Shown piece by piece: positions 1 to 7,992 of a stretch of 46,738 nt of DNA. The stretch covers positions 1-46,738 of the IMG/VR virus record IMGVR_UViG_3300037424_001103. One strand, given 5' to 3'. How positions within the stretch are numbered: position 1 is the first letter of the stretch; every line of letters starts with the position of its first letter. The translations under genes and the position numbers were made by a program. This DNA comes from a virus. Its lineage: Duplodnaviria > Caudoviricetes. Below the pieces are notes generated by a model. The model worked only from the letters and a program-made list of their open reading frames with translations, had not been told where the DNA came from and searched no databases.

Positions 1-127
1 ATCTTGTCGGCAAGGTCTTGATCAACGTTATTCATTCGTATTCACCGGTGGTAAGCGCCTGATTTGAATCTCGTTCTTTTGGAAGTCCGCCCACCCACGA
101 TAATTATCATGGCCTATAAAGTGGGCC
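1..127. repeat. Terminal direct repeat, left copy (circular-assembly overlap)
   Basis: 1-127 matches 46612-46738 except C17 vs A46628. Confidence 0.97.
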
Positions 128-186
128 GGATCAAAAACAACCGTTATCGTTTGCCCGAGAAGTTTAAACCGCTTCGGGATTCTCAT
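28..186 (-). CDS. 52-aa ORF not in the ORF track, possibly a truncated phage zincin-like protein
   Basis: Hand translation MRIPKRFKLLGQTITVVFDPAHFIGHDNYRGWADFQKNEIQIRRLPPVNTNE; ATGA overlap with the portal stop; its end overlaps the head-morphogenesis start. Confidence 0.65.
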   Translation of the reverse strand: MRIPKRFKLLGQTITVVFDPAHFIGHDNYRGWADFQKNEIQIRRLPPVNTNE

Positions 187-1589
187 ACTTGCGGCGCCTC
201 CGGTTTGGGTGGCGGCGTGCTGCCGATTTGGGCTTGCGCTTCCTCAAAAGTCAACTCACTTTCTATGATCTCCGCCCGCTGAAGGTTCTCAAAAAGCGTT
301 TGAAAGCTGATAGCACCTGACTGCCAAGCGCCGACAAGGGCTGTAAGGGCAGGCGCATCCAGACCGGCCGGGGTGAACTCTCGGTTAAGTTCGATCGACC
401 ACTCCCCGGGAGACCCCACCCATTCGCAAAAGGTATTCAGAGCATTGGTCAATCCGATGCTTATCGTTTGGGATATTGAAGACAGTATGGAATTTTCCCC
501 AGCCCTATGAATCTGCGCGGTTTGTGCAGTTTCCGCGTCCCGTTTTTCGGATGTCAGCAGCCGGGCCCCGAGGATGGCCATTTGCTGCTCTGATTTTTCA
601 AGGCCTCTTTCCAGTGCCCCGAGGCCCTGCCCGGTAAACTCAAGAAACGAGGCCGAAGCTTGCGGATCAGGAAAGCACCATGCCGAAGCACTGCCGATGT
701 AAAGCTTGTCACCGGGATTCTCCGGCACATATCCGGATATAACCGCAGTGGGAAGCCCGGTAAAGTGAAGCCCGTGTTTGTAGTCGGCACCCATGCGGTA
801 ATGGTCGAGATTTAAATCGATCAGGTCGATGAGTGGCGGTTCATCAACATCCGATGACGTGCTGTCAACCCCGATGAAGTAAAACGGGATGCTGTCCATT
901 TTGGCGCCGTTCATCATCGGAAAGATGTCGTTTCCGATCTGCTCGTCTTCTTTTCCTTCGCTCACCCGGAACACGCGCACCCGGTATCGGCCATCGAACA
1001 AATCAAGCACCCGGTAACGCGCCTCGGTTTTGTGCTCGAACTCCCCGGATTCCAGCGTGGCCGATTCTGCCAGCACAACCAGGGATACAACCGTGGCATT
1101 ACCGACCCGAGCAGTCTTCCAGTTGATTATAGACTCCGCCGGGTACATTTGCATGGTGGGCCGGACTTGCATCAACTGAGCGTCCGCAATCGTCATACCT
1201 TCTGTTGACTGTTGAGGATAGTCTACCAGTATCCCCATGCGCCCGGATGTTAGAATCTCGATCGCCGTCAGTTGTGCAAAAACCTGAAACGAGGTCCCGG
1301 AAAGCGTTACGTCATCAAGAAGCGATTCAACCGAAGCGGGAATATCTACGATCGGAGGCTTCCGGAACATCAAGCCCTTGAGCGCGTCAATCGTCCGCCA
1401 AGTCGCGTTGAAAAACGAGGCGCGGAGGCGGTAGGCGTTGTAGTCCTCTATCGATTGATCTTTGAGCTTTGGTAGATATCGTTCCCCGCCGGCATGCACG
1501 GCCTTTTGCCCGGAAACGGTATCGCGGCATTTTTGCCACTGGTCTGTCATTTCGGTATATTTTGGGTGTTTGGTATCGACCTTTGACAT
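183..1589 (-). CDS. Portal protein (DUF4055-like)
   Basis: 468 aa; YLPK...Y.AY..RASFFN.T.RT...L.G.MFRK.P N-terminus, DEPPL.DL..LNL.HY...ADY motif; lies between terminase and head genes. Confidence 0.9.
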   Translation of the reverse strand: MSKVDTKHPKYTEMTDQWQKCRDTVSGQKAVHAGGERYLPKLKDQSIEDYNAYRLRASFFNATWRTIDALKGLMFRKPPIVDIPASVESLLDDVTLSGTSFQVFAQLTAIEILTSGRMGILVDYPQQSTEGMTIADAQLMQVRPTMQMYPAESIINWKTARVGNATVVSLVVLAESATLESGEFEHKTEARYRVLDLFDGRYRVRVFRVSEGKEDEQIGNDIFPMMNGAKMDSIPFYFIGVDSTSSDVDEPPLIDLIDLNLDHYRMGADYKHGLHFTGLPTAVISGYVPENPGDKLYIGSASAWCFPDPQASASFLEFTGQGLGALERGLEKSEQQMAILGARLLTSEKRDAETAQTAQIHRAGENSILSSISQTISIGLTNALNTFCEWVGSPGEWSIELNREFTPAGLDAPALTALVGAWQSGAISFQTLFENLQRAEIIESELTFEEAQAQIGSTPPPKPEAPQV

Positions 1590-1620
1590 TTTATTATTTC
1601 CTATAAGTTACTGATTTGGC

Positions 1621-1648
1621 TTTACTTTTTAGTATTTTGTGCTATTAT
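1621..1648 (+). promoter_or_regulatory. Putative promoter of the radical SAM gene
   Basis: TTTACT-16bp-TATTAT with TGn extended -10 in an AT-rich gap; AAGGA RBS before ATG 1695. Confidence 0.4.
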
Positions 1649-1694
1649 ATTCTTATTGTTTTTAACATTAACCCACCTAAAAAGGATAAAACAC

Positions 1695-2414
1695 ATGCCA
1701 ATCATTTATGAACCAAAAGGGAAAGCCGCCGAATATTCCCCGCTTGCCATGAACATCTACCGGGGCTGTTCCCATGGGTGCCTGTATTGTTACGCCCCCG
1801 CCGCCACCCGCCGCCATCGAGAAAGTTTTGACATCCCAGAGCTCCGCCAAAACTTTTTTAACGAGCTTGACAAAGACCTCGCTAAATTCAAGGGCGACAA
1901 GCGCCCGGTCCTTCTCAGCTTTACAACGGACCCCTATCAACCATTTGATGTTGAAAAAAAACTGGCAAGATGGTCTTTGCAACAGCTCATAAAAAACGGC
2001 AACGCCATCAAAGTTTTGACTAAGGGCGGAATGCGAGCATCCAGGGACTTTGATCTTATGAAGTCCGGAGACGTTGACTTCGGTACTACGTTGACTTTTT
2101 TGGATGATAGGCGCTCTCTTGAGTGGGAACCTAACGCCGCTTTGTCTGGCGATAGAATTAATGCTATCCGGACCGCTCACAGCCAAGGGATTAAAACATG
2201 GGTAAGCCTTGAGCCTGTCATTGATCCTGAATCTGTTTATTCGATCATTCAAGAAACTCACGCTTTCGTTAACCTCTACAAAGTCGGTAAGCTTAATTAT
2301 CACCCCATTGCAAAAACCATCGATTGGAATCAGTTCGGTCATAAAGTCAAAAGCCTTCTTGAAAGTCTCGGCAAAGACTTTTACCTAAAAGAAGACCTTC
2401 GAAAGCTTATGTAA
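1695..2414 (+). CDS. Radical SAM protein (SPL-like/DUF5131-related phage family)
   Basis: CxxxCxxC motif GCSHGCLYC, TDPYQP, LTKGG and WVSLEP motifs; RBS supports ATG 1695. Confidence 0.9.
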   Translation: MPIIYEPKGKAAEYSPLAMNIYRGCSHGCLYCYAPAATRRHRESFDIPELRQNFFNELDKDLAKFKGDKRPVLLSFTTDPYQPFDVEKKLARWSLQQLIKNGNAIKVLTKGGMRASRDFDLMKSGDVDFGTTLTFLDDRRSLEWEPNAALSGDRINAIRTAHSQGIKTWVSLEPVIDPESVYSIIQETHAFVNLYKVGKLNYHPIAKTIDWNQFGHKVKSLLESLGKDFYLKEDLRKLM

Positions 2415-2434
2415 AGCATTAACCAATTCCTTGC

Positions 2435-2467
2435 AAGGCATCCCTCACCGGATGCCTTTTTTGTTTT
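2435..2467 (+). terminator. Intrinsic terminator after the radical SAM gene
   Basis: AAGGCATCC-ctcacc-GGATGCCTT followed by a T-run. Confidence 0.85.
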
Positions 2468-2678
2468 CAAACCCCCAAAAAATCGAACTCACCACAAGCC
2501 CTATATCGCACGATCTTTTATCTTTGCATCTATTCATATTGACCTTAATTCAAAGTTGCTATAAAATCGATGCATATTTATAACAAAAACAGCTATTTAC
2601 ATTTATTTTTGCACTTGTTGTCCACCGAATCTCTTTGCAACAAATTTTATATAATAAAAACAGTTACTTAAATTCTTA

Positions 2679-3230
2679 TCATCCAATTACAAACCCGACA
2701 TAGCATTTCCGCTTATGTTTTCTTGTTGTAAGATGCCTTATCCCGTTTAGATACAGCCATCTACACAACTTTTCATAACCATTTTTCGCAAAAAGTGTTG
2801 GGCACTTACCGACCATTGCGTTTGTGTATCCTATATCGTTCAACATTTTTTTTGGCAACGTCCCAAGAACTGATTGAATAAAAGTTACAAAAACAATCCC
2901 TTTAAAATTGCGATCAAATATTATTTTAAGCTGGTCATATGGTACCCCGTATGCATCAAGATCTATCACATCATATTTTTCGAGTGGCAAAGATGATAAA
3001 AACTTTGTGTTGTCACCTATTAAAACAAAACCATCTTCTTTTTGCTCTACGTCTATTTTCGTAATGTGGATTTCCCCATCATAAACCGCTTCAATGTTCT
3101 TCCATATCGTTCCGCAACCATGGAAAGCGTCAATAACCCTCAGTTCTTTTTTTTCTGGTAGCATTGACATCCTAAGCGCAATTTTATCGGCAAGGAAGCT
3201 GTTATCAGTTTGCACTTTGTTCAATTTCAA
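2679..3230 (-). CDS. SAM-dependent methyltransferase-like protein (Trm1/TcmP-like motifs)
   Basis: Motif I VIDAFHGCG, GDN, and YDVIDLDAYGVPY resembling the Trm1 DLDPYG motif. Confidence 0.7.
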   Translation of the reverse strand: MKLNKVQTDNSFLADKIALRMSMLPEKKELRVIDAFHGCGTIWKNIEAVYDGEIHITKIDVEQKEDGFVLIGDNTKFLSSLPLEKYDVIDLDAYGVPYDQLKIIFDRNFKGIVFVTFIQSVLGTLPKKMLNDIGYTNAMVGKCPTLFAKNGYEKLCRWLYLNGIRHLTTRKHKRKCYVGFVIG

Positions 3231-3744
3231 CGCCCTCTGTTTTTTTTAATTGATCAAGAATTTCCTGCAAACTTTCAACCACGTCTATATCGCAAGAAAT
3301 CAGGATATGGACTTTGGCATAAGGCTTTAGCTCGGATTCTGTTTGTTTTATTTTTTCGTCTTTTGATCCATCCAATTCCAAAAACTCTTCATCAACCCCC
3401 CATTCTAATAAGTCCGATGTTTCCCAACCCTCCCCAAAAGCGTCCCACTCGCCAAGCGAAACGTTATCTTTGATTATGAACTCTTTCTTTTTTTCATCTG
3501 ACAGGCCGGTAACGATCTTTGCCACGACCTCTTTTGCCCCTATTTTTTTTAATGCCAGCAGCCTTTGGTTACCGCCAATAACGGTCATCGTTTCATCAAC
3601 AACGATTTCCCTCATTTCGAGCATCTCCGGGAATCCGTCAACGCTTTTTATAAGCCGGTCCATGTCTGCTTTTGATATTTTTCTGGGATTATTTTTATTG
3701 GGTTTTATATCAGCAAGCTTTACGGTTTTTATCTCTATTTTCAT
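3205..3744 (-). CDS. ParB/Srx N-terminal domain protein
   Basis: IKPNKNNPRKI...L.KS...F..M...IVVDE...IGGNQRL.AL...DN...GEWD; no HTH; TAATG-coupled to TerL. Confidence 0.88.
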   Translation of the reverse strand: MKIEIKTVKLADIKPNKNNPRKISKADMDRLIKSVDGFPEMLEMREIVVDETMTVIGGNQRLLALKKIGAKEVVAKIVTGLSDEKKKEFIIKDNVSLGEWDAFGEGWETSDLLEWGVDEEFLELDGSKDEKIKQTESELKPYAKVHILISCDIDVVESLQEILDQLKKTEGVEIEQSAN

Positions 3745-5015
3745 TAAATCCCCACTATTTTCATTCTCGCCATCGGCTTAACTATCGGGAACTCATATGC
3801 CACAAAATATGAAAACGCCTCGTTCATGTGGTCAAACCCGGCCTTCTTATCCGGCTCACCGTTATCATCATATGCTTGCTGTTCTAAACATCGTGCAATA
3901 GTTGGGCAGGCTTTCGCGTTAACTTTAATTTTACCAGACTCAAACGCTTTGTTAGTTGCAAGAATGCGATCCTTAATGGCCGGATTACGAGAGTTGTTCC
4001 GCACTGAGAATCCGGCTTGTATAAGAAGCGATAAATCGGACTTAGAAGCATCAACAGACTTCCGGCTTGCACCGCTGGCATCTGGGTAAACGATTATCCT
4101 ATGGCCCTTATCAGCCCATCGGTCTTTAATCACCTTCACCACGTCAGGTGTATCAAATACGTCTTTAAGCTCTGCAACCGCATGATATGCATCAGGCCGC
4201 TGCACGAAAATGGCGCTGGCCATTTTCTGCACATTGAAGTCTTGTCCGATGAACAGCGGTTCTTTCTCCTTGATTACCTCATTCGAATTGCATCGGACCC
4301 GGTCATAACACCTGAATACTGTCCCTGATGTTAAGTTCGTGAACTGCCCATTGATGTAGGCCTCAATCAGCTCTGCTGGGTAGGATTCTTTCAAGCTCGA
4401 AATGTAATCCTCTGGAAGATTCATCCCATTGTCGTAGGTGCTGGCTTGAACAAGGCCATAATTTTCAAGTAGTGCCGGATTCTCTTGGGGGAGCTGCACA
4501 AACTTTTTGTGACAAAATCTAAACCCCTCCGGTGTGCTGGCAACGTCGATTCCGTTCTTTACGCCTGGCGCGTTGTACCGCATTCTGGCGATGATTTTTT
4601 GCCATGCCTGTTCAGCTTTATCCAGCGGAAGAGTATCGAGCTCATCAATGAGCGCATGCCCTATTTTGAACCCTATAATGTTTGCCGGTTTGTCCATCGA
4701 TCGGCAAATGACGGTGCCCCTATATTGCTGCCCCGAGTAGAACACGACCTCATTATTTCCCTGCTTAATTTCGACATTTAGACCGAAATCGAAGGCGACT
4801 TCTTCTATTGTTGGGTAAAATATATCTCTAATAGTTGAATATGTTACTGAAAAATACCCTTGATTAATTTTAGGATGTTCCCAAACATGGGCCGAAATAG
4901 CCATACAACCAACCCATGTTTTTCCCCCGCCATACCCGGCGCAAAACATTCTAAACCTGTTTGTGAGCATCAAAAACTTGCCTTGCGGAATATTGGCTAT
5001 AGGTTTGATTATCAT
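3744..5015 (-). CDS. terL: Terminase large subunit
   Basis: Walker A AGYGGGKT, Walker B LIDE, STPEG, nuclease GQDFN and DH..EA; likely start MIIKP at 5015 (ATGA overlap with the HNH stop). Confidence 0.95.
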   Translation of the reverse strand: MIIKPIANIPQGKFLMLTNRFRMFCAGYGGGKTWVGCMAISAHVWEHPKINQGYFSVTYSTIRDIFYPTIEEVAFDFGLNVEIKQGNNEVVFYSGQQYRGTVICRSMDKPANIIGFKIGHALIDELDTLPLDKAEQAWQKIIARMRYNAPGVKNGIDVASTPEGFRFCHKKFVQLPQENPALLENYGLVQASTYDNGMNLPEDYISSLKESYPAELIEAYINGQFTNLTSGTVFRCYDRVRCNSNEVIKEKEPLFIGQDFNVQKMASAIFVQRPDAYHAVAELKDVFDTPDVVKVIKDRWADKGHRIIVYPDASGASRKSVDASKSDLSLLIQAGFSVRNNSRNPAIKDRILATNKAFESGKIKVNAKACPTIARCLEQQAYDDNGEPDKKAGFDHMNEAFSYFVAYEFPIVKPMARMKIVGI

Positions 5016-5626
5016 TTTAATCTTTTTATTGGCCTTGCTGTGGTTTTTAATGCTCTTTCTATATCCCATCCACTCTTAATACGATATGAAATAACCGTTC
5101 TATCAAGGCCGGTTTCTTTTGCCCATTCCGATTCAGTCATGCTTTTACCGAAAGCCTCAATAATAACGTTTTGTCTTGTGTTTTTAAGATTTTTTTCTCT
5201 TGTCACCCACTCACAGTTTTCTGGGGTGTAATTACCATCGTTATCAATTCGATTTATTTCTGCCCCAGCAAACGGCCTTTCTCCCATGTCGGCATAGAAA
5301 TTTTCAAACTTCATCCATCTGTTGCAAACGACTATCCCCCTTCCGCCATAATCTGGATACGATTTAACATTCGGGTTATTACAGCGGCTTTTCATAGACC
5401 TCCAGACTTTATAAATTGGTGTTCCGGCCTTCCCATGGGTTGTCTTCAGTTCTTTGTTTAAGCAACCGCATGAACTTGATCCAACGGTGTGGCCTTTATA
5501 AAAAATTTTTTCAGTCCCGCAAGAACATCTAAAAAGCCAATAATGGAACCGACCAATTTTATAAACAAACCTAATAGCAGTCCACCTACCATAAGTACGC
5601 CCCGTAATATCAATTGCTTTTGCCAT
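5012..5626 (-). CDS. Free-standing HNH-type homing endonuclease
   Basis: CSCG..SCGC, W.SMK.RC.N, YGGRGI.VC.RW, RIDNDGNY.PENC.W motifs; C-terminal HTH-like segment. Confidence 0.88.
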   Translation of the reverse strand: MAKAIDITGRTYGRWTAIRFVYKIGRFHYWLFRCSCGTEKIFYKGHTVGSSSCGCLNKELKTTHGKAGTPIYKVWRSMKSRCNNPNVKSYPDYGGRGIVVCNRWMKFENFYADMGERPFAGAEINRIDNDGNYTPENCEWVTREKNLKNTRQNVIIEAFGKSMTESEWAKETGLDRTVISYRIKSGWDIERALKTTARPIKRLK

Positions 5627-5663
5627 TCCACGCTCCTCTTTAAGTTTGTATTATTTTGCATGG

Positions 5664-5692
5664 AATGTACCATAACTATTATTTAGCGTCAA
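5664..5692 (-). promoter_or_regulatory. Internal sigma70-type promoter upstream of the HNH gene
   Basis: TTGACG-17bp-TACATT with TGn extension; the -35 lies in the last codons of TerS. Confidence 0.6.
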
Positions 5693-6101
5693 CGATTGTT
5701 TCACAGCCACTGCCATTTTTACTTGGTTTCGATTGATCATGAATTTGTATCGTTATTTGTACCGACTTCGGCCGATCGGTTTCAGACTCTTCAACAGGCT
5801 GATCGCGCAATCCGCAATAGTTTTTTTGCAGGAAAATATTCATTGCGGCGCTTGTCCTGGCGAGTTCAAACCCGCTTCGGCGTAGGCTTACTTTCCCCAC
5901 TCCTCGTTTTATGGCAAAAACGGCGGAAAAAGATTTTTCATATTGCTCTTTGCACCACCTATCCAGGGTTTTATCAGTAACATGGAAGAACTCGCATACC
6001 TCATTCCTGGTACATTGTAGCGCACAAAGTCCCTCAAACGTTTTTTTGTCAATCTCAGCCTTTGGTCGCCCTGTTTTTTTGCCTGTCTTTACGTACGGCA
6101 A
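5679..6101 (-). CDS. terS: Terminase small subunit (HTH)
   Basis: GRPK.EID...FE.LC..QCT..E...F.V...TL.RW...GKVSLRR...IFL.KNY.G..D; upstream of TerL. Confidence 0.8.
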   Translation of the reverse strand: MPYVKTGKKTGRPKAEIDKKTFEGLCALQCTRNEVCEFFHVTDKTLDRWCKEQYEKSFSAVFAIKRGVGKVSLRRSGFELARTSAAMNIFLQKNYCGLRDQPVEESETDRPKSVQITIQIHDQSKPSKNGSGCETIVDAK

Positions 6102-6425
6102 TTAAAACTCCTTAGCCGATCGCCCCAGGATCATAAGATGAGCCCCAGCCGACATAGTTTTTTCAGCGTTGTTGATGAACGGGATGCAGTTGTCCATTTC
6201 GATGATATCCGACATGGATGAACCGTCAATCGTTTTGATGTATGACATTACCGGCCCGTCTGCTGCGCCATGGCGAACAATAACGCTATCGCCAGCCGTG
6301 CCGGTATATTTGATCCGCTTGATGTAAATACCCTCGTCAACGGAGATTTGGTCTGACAAATCCCAATCCTCGGTGAGCGCTGATATATCCATCACGCCGC
6401 CACGCACGGTAACCACGTTTGCCAT
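6102..6425 (-). CDS. Hypothetical protein, first gene of the late operon
   Basis: 107-aa ORF, AGGGGG RBS, abuts TerS. Confidence 0.75.
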   Translation of the reverse strand: MANVVTVRGGVMDISALTEDWDLSDQISVDEGIYIKRIKYTGTAGDSVIVRHGAADGPVMSYIKTIDGSSMSDIIEMDNCIPFINNAEKTMSAGAHLMILGRSAKEF

Positions 6426-6444
6426 ATTTTTACCCCCTGTTTTG

Positions 6445-6499
6445 ATTATCTATTTGTTTAATAGATAATTTCTATAGCAATGGTGGTTCATTTTTGCAA
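6445..6499 (-). promoter_or_regulatory. Putative late-operon promoter with adjacent operator-like inverted repeat
   Basis: TTGCAA-17bp-TATAGA with TGn (6499-6471); ATTATCTAT-7bp-ATAGATAAT at 6445-6469. Confidence 0.5.
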
Positions 6500-6556
6500 C
6501 ATGATTATTGCGGGGCATTTTATTTAAATTTATTTTAAAATCCTTTAAACTTTTTC

Positions 6557-6585
6557 TTGACAAACGAAATCAGGGGGTGTATATT
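6557..6585 (+). promoter_or_regulatory. Strong sigma70 early promoter
   Basis: TTGACA-17bp-TATATT with an AT-rich upstream element. Confidence 0.85.
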
Positions 6586-6685
6586 GGGTTTAACGATGAG
6601 GAATAAATCATCGCACCGGAGGAAGGGGAACGCTCTCTCCGGAAATAACCGCCCAAGCCGGGCAATTTAGATGGAGGGGTTAGTA

Positions 6686-6895
6686 ATGACAACAACATGG
6701 TGGACAGTCAACGGAATTGAGACCGAAATTCACGAGCCATGCGGCTCGAATGACCTCGGCCATGAATATGCCGAGGTTGAATGCCCCGTTTGTGGGCATG
6801 AATTTTGTTGGTCGTGCGCTTCGGCGAACGGCCATAATGACGGCCGTGGATGGGCTAGATGCCCTACAGGATGTGGGGGTGAATACGAATATTGA
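6686..6895 (+). CDS. Small zinc-finger protein
   Basis: CPVCGHEFCWSC...CPTGC; GGAGG RBS before ATG 6686. Confidence 0.75.
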   Translation: MTTTWWTVNGIETEIHEPCGSNDLGHEYAEVECPVCGHEFCWSCASANGHNDGRGWARCPTGCGGEYEY

Positions 6896-6965
6896 CCCCA
6901 CCACGAGCCACGAGAGCCCCGATTCGAGGGGATTGCCCGCCCGGCTTCCGGGCGGAACTTAAACT

Positions 6966-7191
6966 GAGGATTGAGACCATGAAAAACAGGAAACAACTTT
7001 TTGACGAGGCGTGCCGGAACAATTACGGATACTATGAGGTGTCCGCAGGGACAGATATGGCAAGCCGATTGAATGTCTCGGAATCAACAATACGGCGATA
7101 CATCGCGGTCGGTTGGTTGAGGAAGGTGGGGTTAGGGTTGGTGCTGACCAGAGACGGATACAACCAAACGGAGGATTGAGACCATGAAAAA
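6966..7191 (+). repeat. 21-bp direct repeat GAGGATTGAGACCATGAAAAA at two consecutive gene starts
   Basis: Exact copies at 6966-6986 and 7171-7191. Confidence 0.9.
6979..7179 (+). CDS. Small winged-HTH-like protein
   Basis: MASRLNVSESTIRRYI..GWL; GAGGA RBS before ATG 6979. Confidence 0.7.
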   Translation: MKNRKQLFDEACRNNYGYYEVSAGTDMASRLNVSESTIRRYIAVGWLRKVGLGLVLTRDGYNQTED

Positions 7192-7648
7192 TACAACGGT
7201 ATATTCTGGAAAAATCAGCTCGGGCGGGTTCATCGGCCCCCGAGTATATTTCACACGCCCTGGGCAGAGGACAATCGTAGCCGATAGGGGGTTTACGGAT
7301 ATAATCCTCTACGAGGTAAGAGCGGATGCGATCAGTGCAGAAGGAGGCTATATGTCCATATCATACCGGAAGGTCGGGAAAGTGCGATTTCTGAGGGCAA
7401 ATCCGATCTATGCACATACCCACGTCCCAGCACCCCCAAAAATAATGGATAGCACTGGGATATCGCAGGTAATAGAAAATCTCCGGGCAATAAATTACCG
7501 AGACGGGATGCTGATGCCTATTGACGATTGTGATATCGCATCGGTCGCCGTGCGGTTAGCAAAGGCATCGATGTGCAGAGACAACCACATATCGTGGGAA
7601 GATGCGACGAAATATATCAATTCTGTCAAAGATGAGGCATCCGAATGA
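7184..7648 (+). CDS. Hypothetical early protein
   Basis: 154-aa ORF with GGAGG RBS. Confidence 0.75.
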   Translation: MKNTTVYSGKISSGGFIGPRVYFTRPGQRTIVADRGFTDIILYEVRADAISAEGGYMSISYRKVGKVRFLRANPIYAHTHVPAPPKIMDSTGISQVIENLRAINYRDGMLMPIDDCDIASVAVRLAKASMCRDNHISWEDATKYINSVKDEASE

Positions 7649-7953
7649 AAAAAAAAGAATTCAAAAATATGGCCCCGCGTGTGCCTATCTCGGCGATTGA
7701 ATTTTTATCCGAGAAGTTCCCATCAGCGAACGCCGGCGCTGAATGGTTGCTGAAAATATTCCCGGATATGTATGAAATCTCGATGGCAGAGATTAGGGCG
7801 AAGTTGACGTCAGACGAAATTAAATCTCTTCACCCGGAAAACGATATAGGCTTTACCATGTTTAAATTTAGGACCCAACCGCCTATCAAAAAAATGATTG
7901 GTCTTTCAGATTTTCAGGTTGCATGCCTGGCGATACATTGCCACCAGGCATGA
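7645..7953 (+). CDS. Hypothetical protein (possible DNA-binding regulator)
   Basis: ATGA overlap with the previous gene, GAGG RBS, basic N-terminus. Confidence 0.7.
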   Translation: MKKKEFKNMAPRVPISAIEFLSEKFPSANAGAEWLLKIFPDMYEISMAEIRAKLTSDEIKSLHPENDIGFTMFKFRTQPPIKKMIGLSDFQVACLAIHCHQA

Positions 7954-7968
7954 ATCATCGATAAATAT

Positions 7969-7992
7969 GAGCCCCCCGCAACGGGGGCTTTA
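7969..7992. terminator. GC hairpin, probable terminator
   Basis: GAGCCCCC-cgcaac-GGGGGCTT; short T-tract. Confidence 0.55.

Noticed and set aside
1677-2342. 221-aa minus-strand ORF and the many other antisense or nested ORFs in the track (e.g. 8868-9476, 14145-14735, 40574-41230)
   Set aside because: Shadow frames of well-supported genes, with no motifs or RBS
3205-3744. Plasmid-prophage partition system
   Set aside because: The ParB domain lacks an HTH, there is no ParA or parS array, and the gene is coupled to TerL
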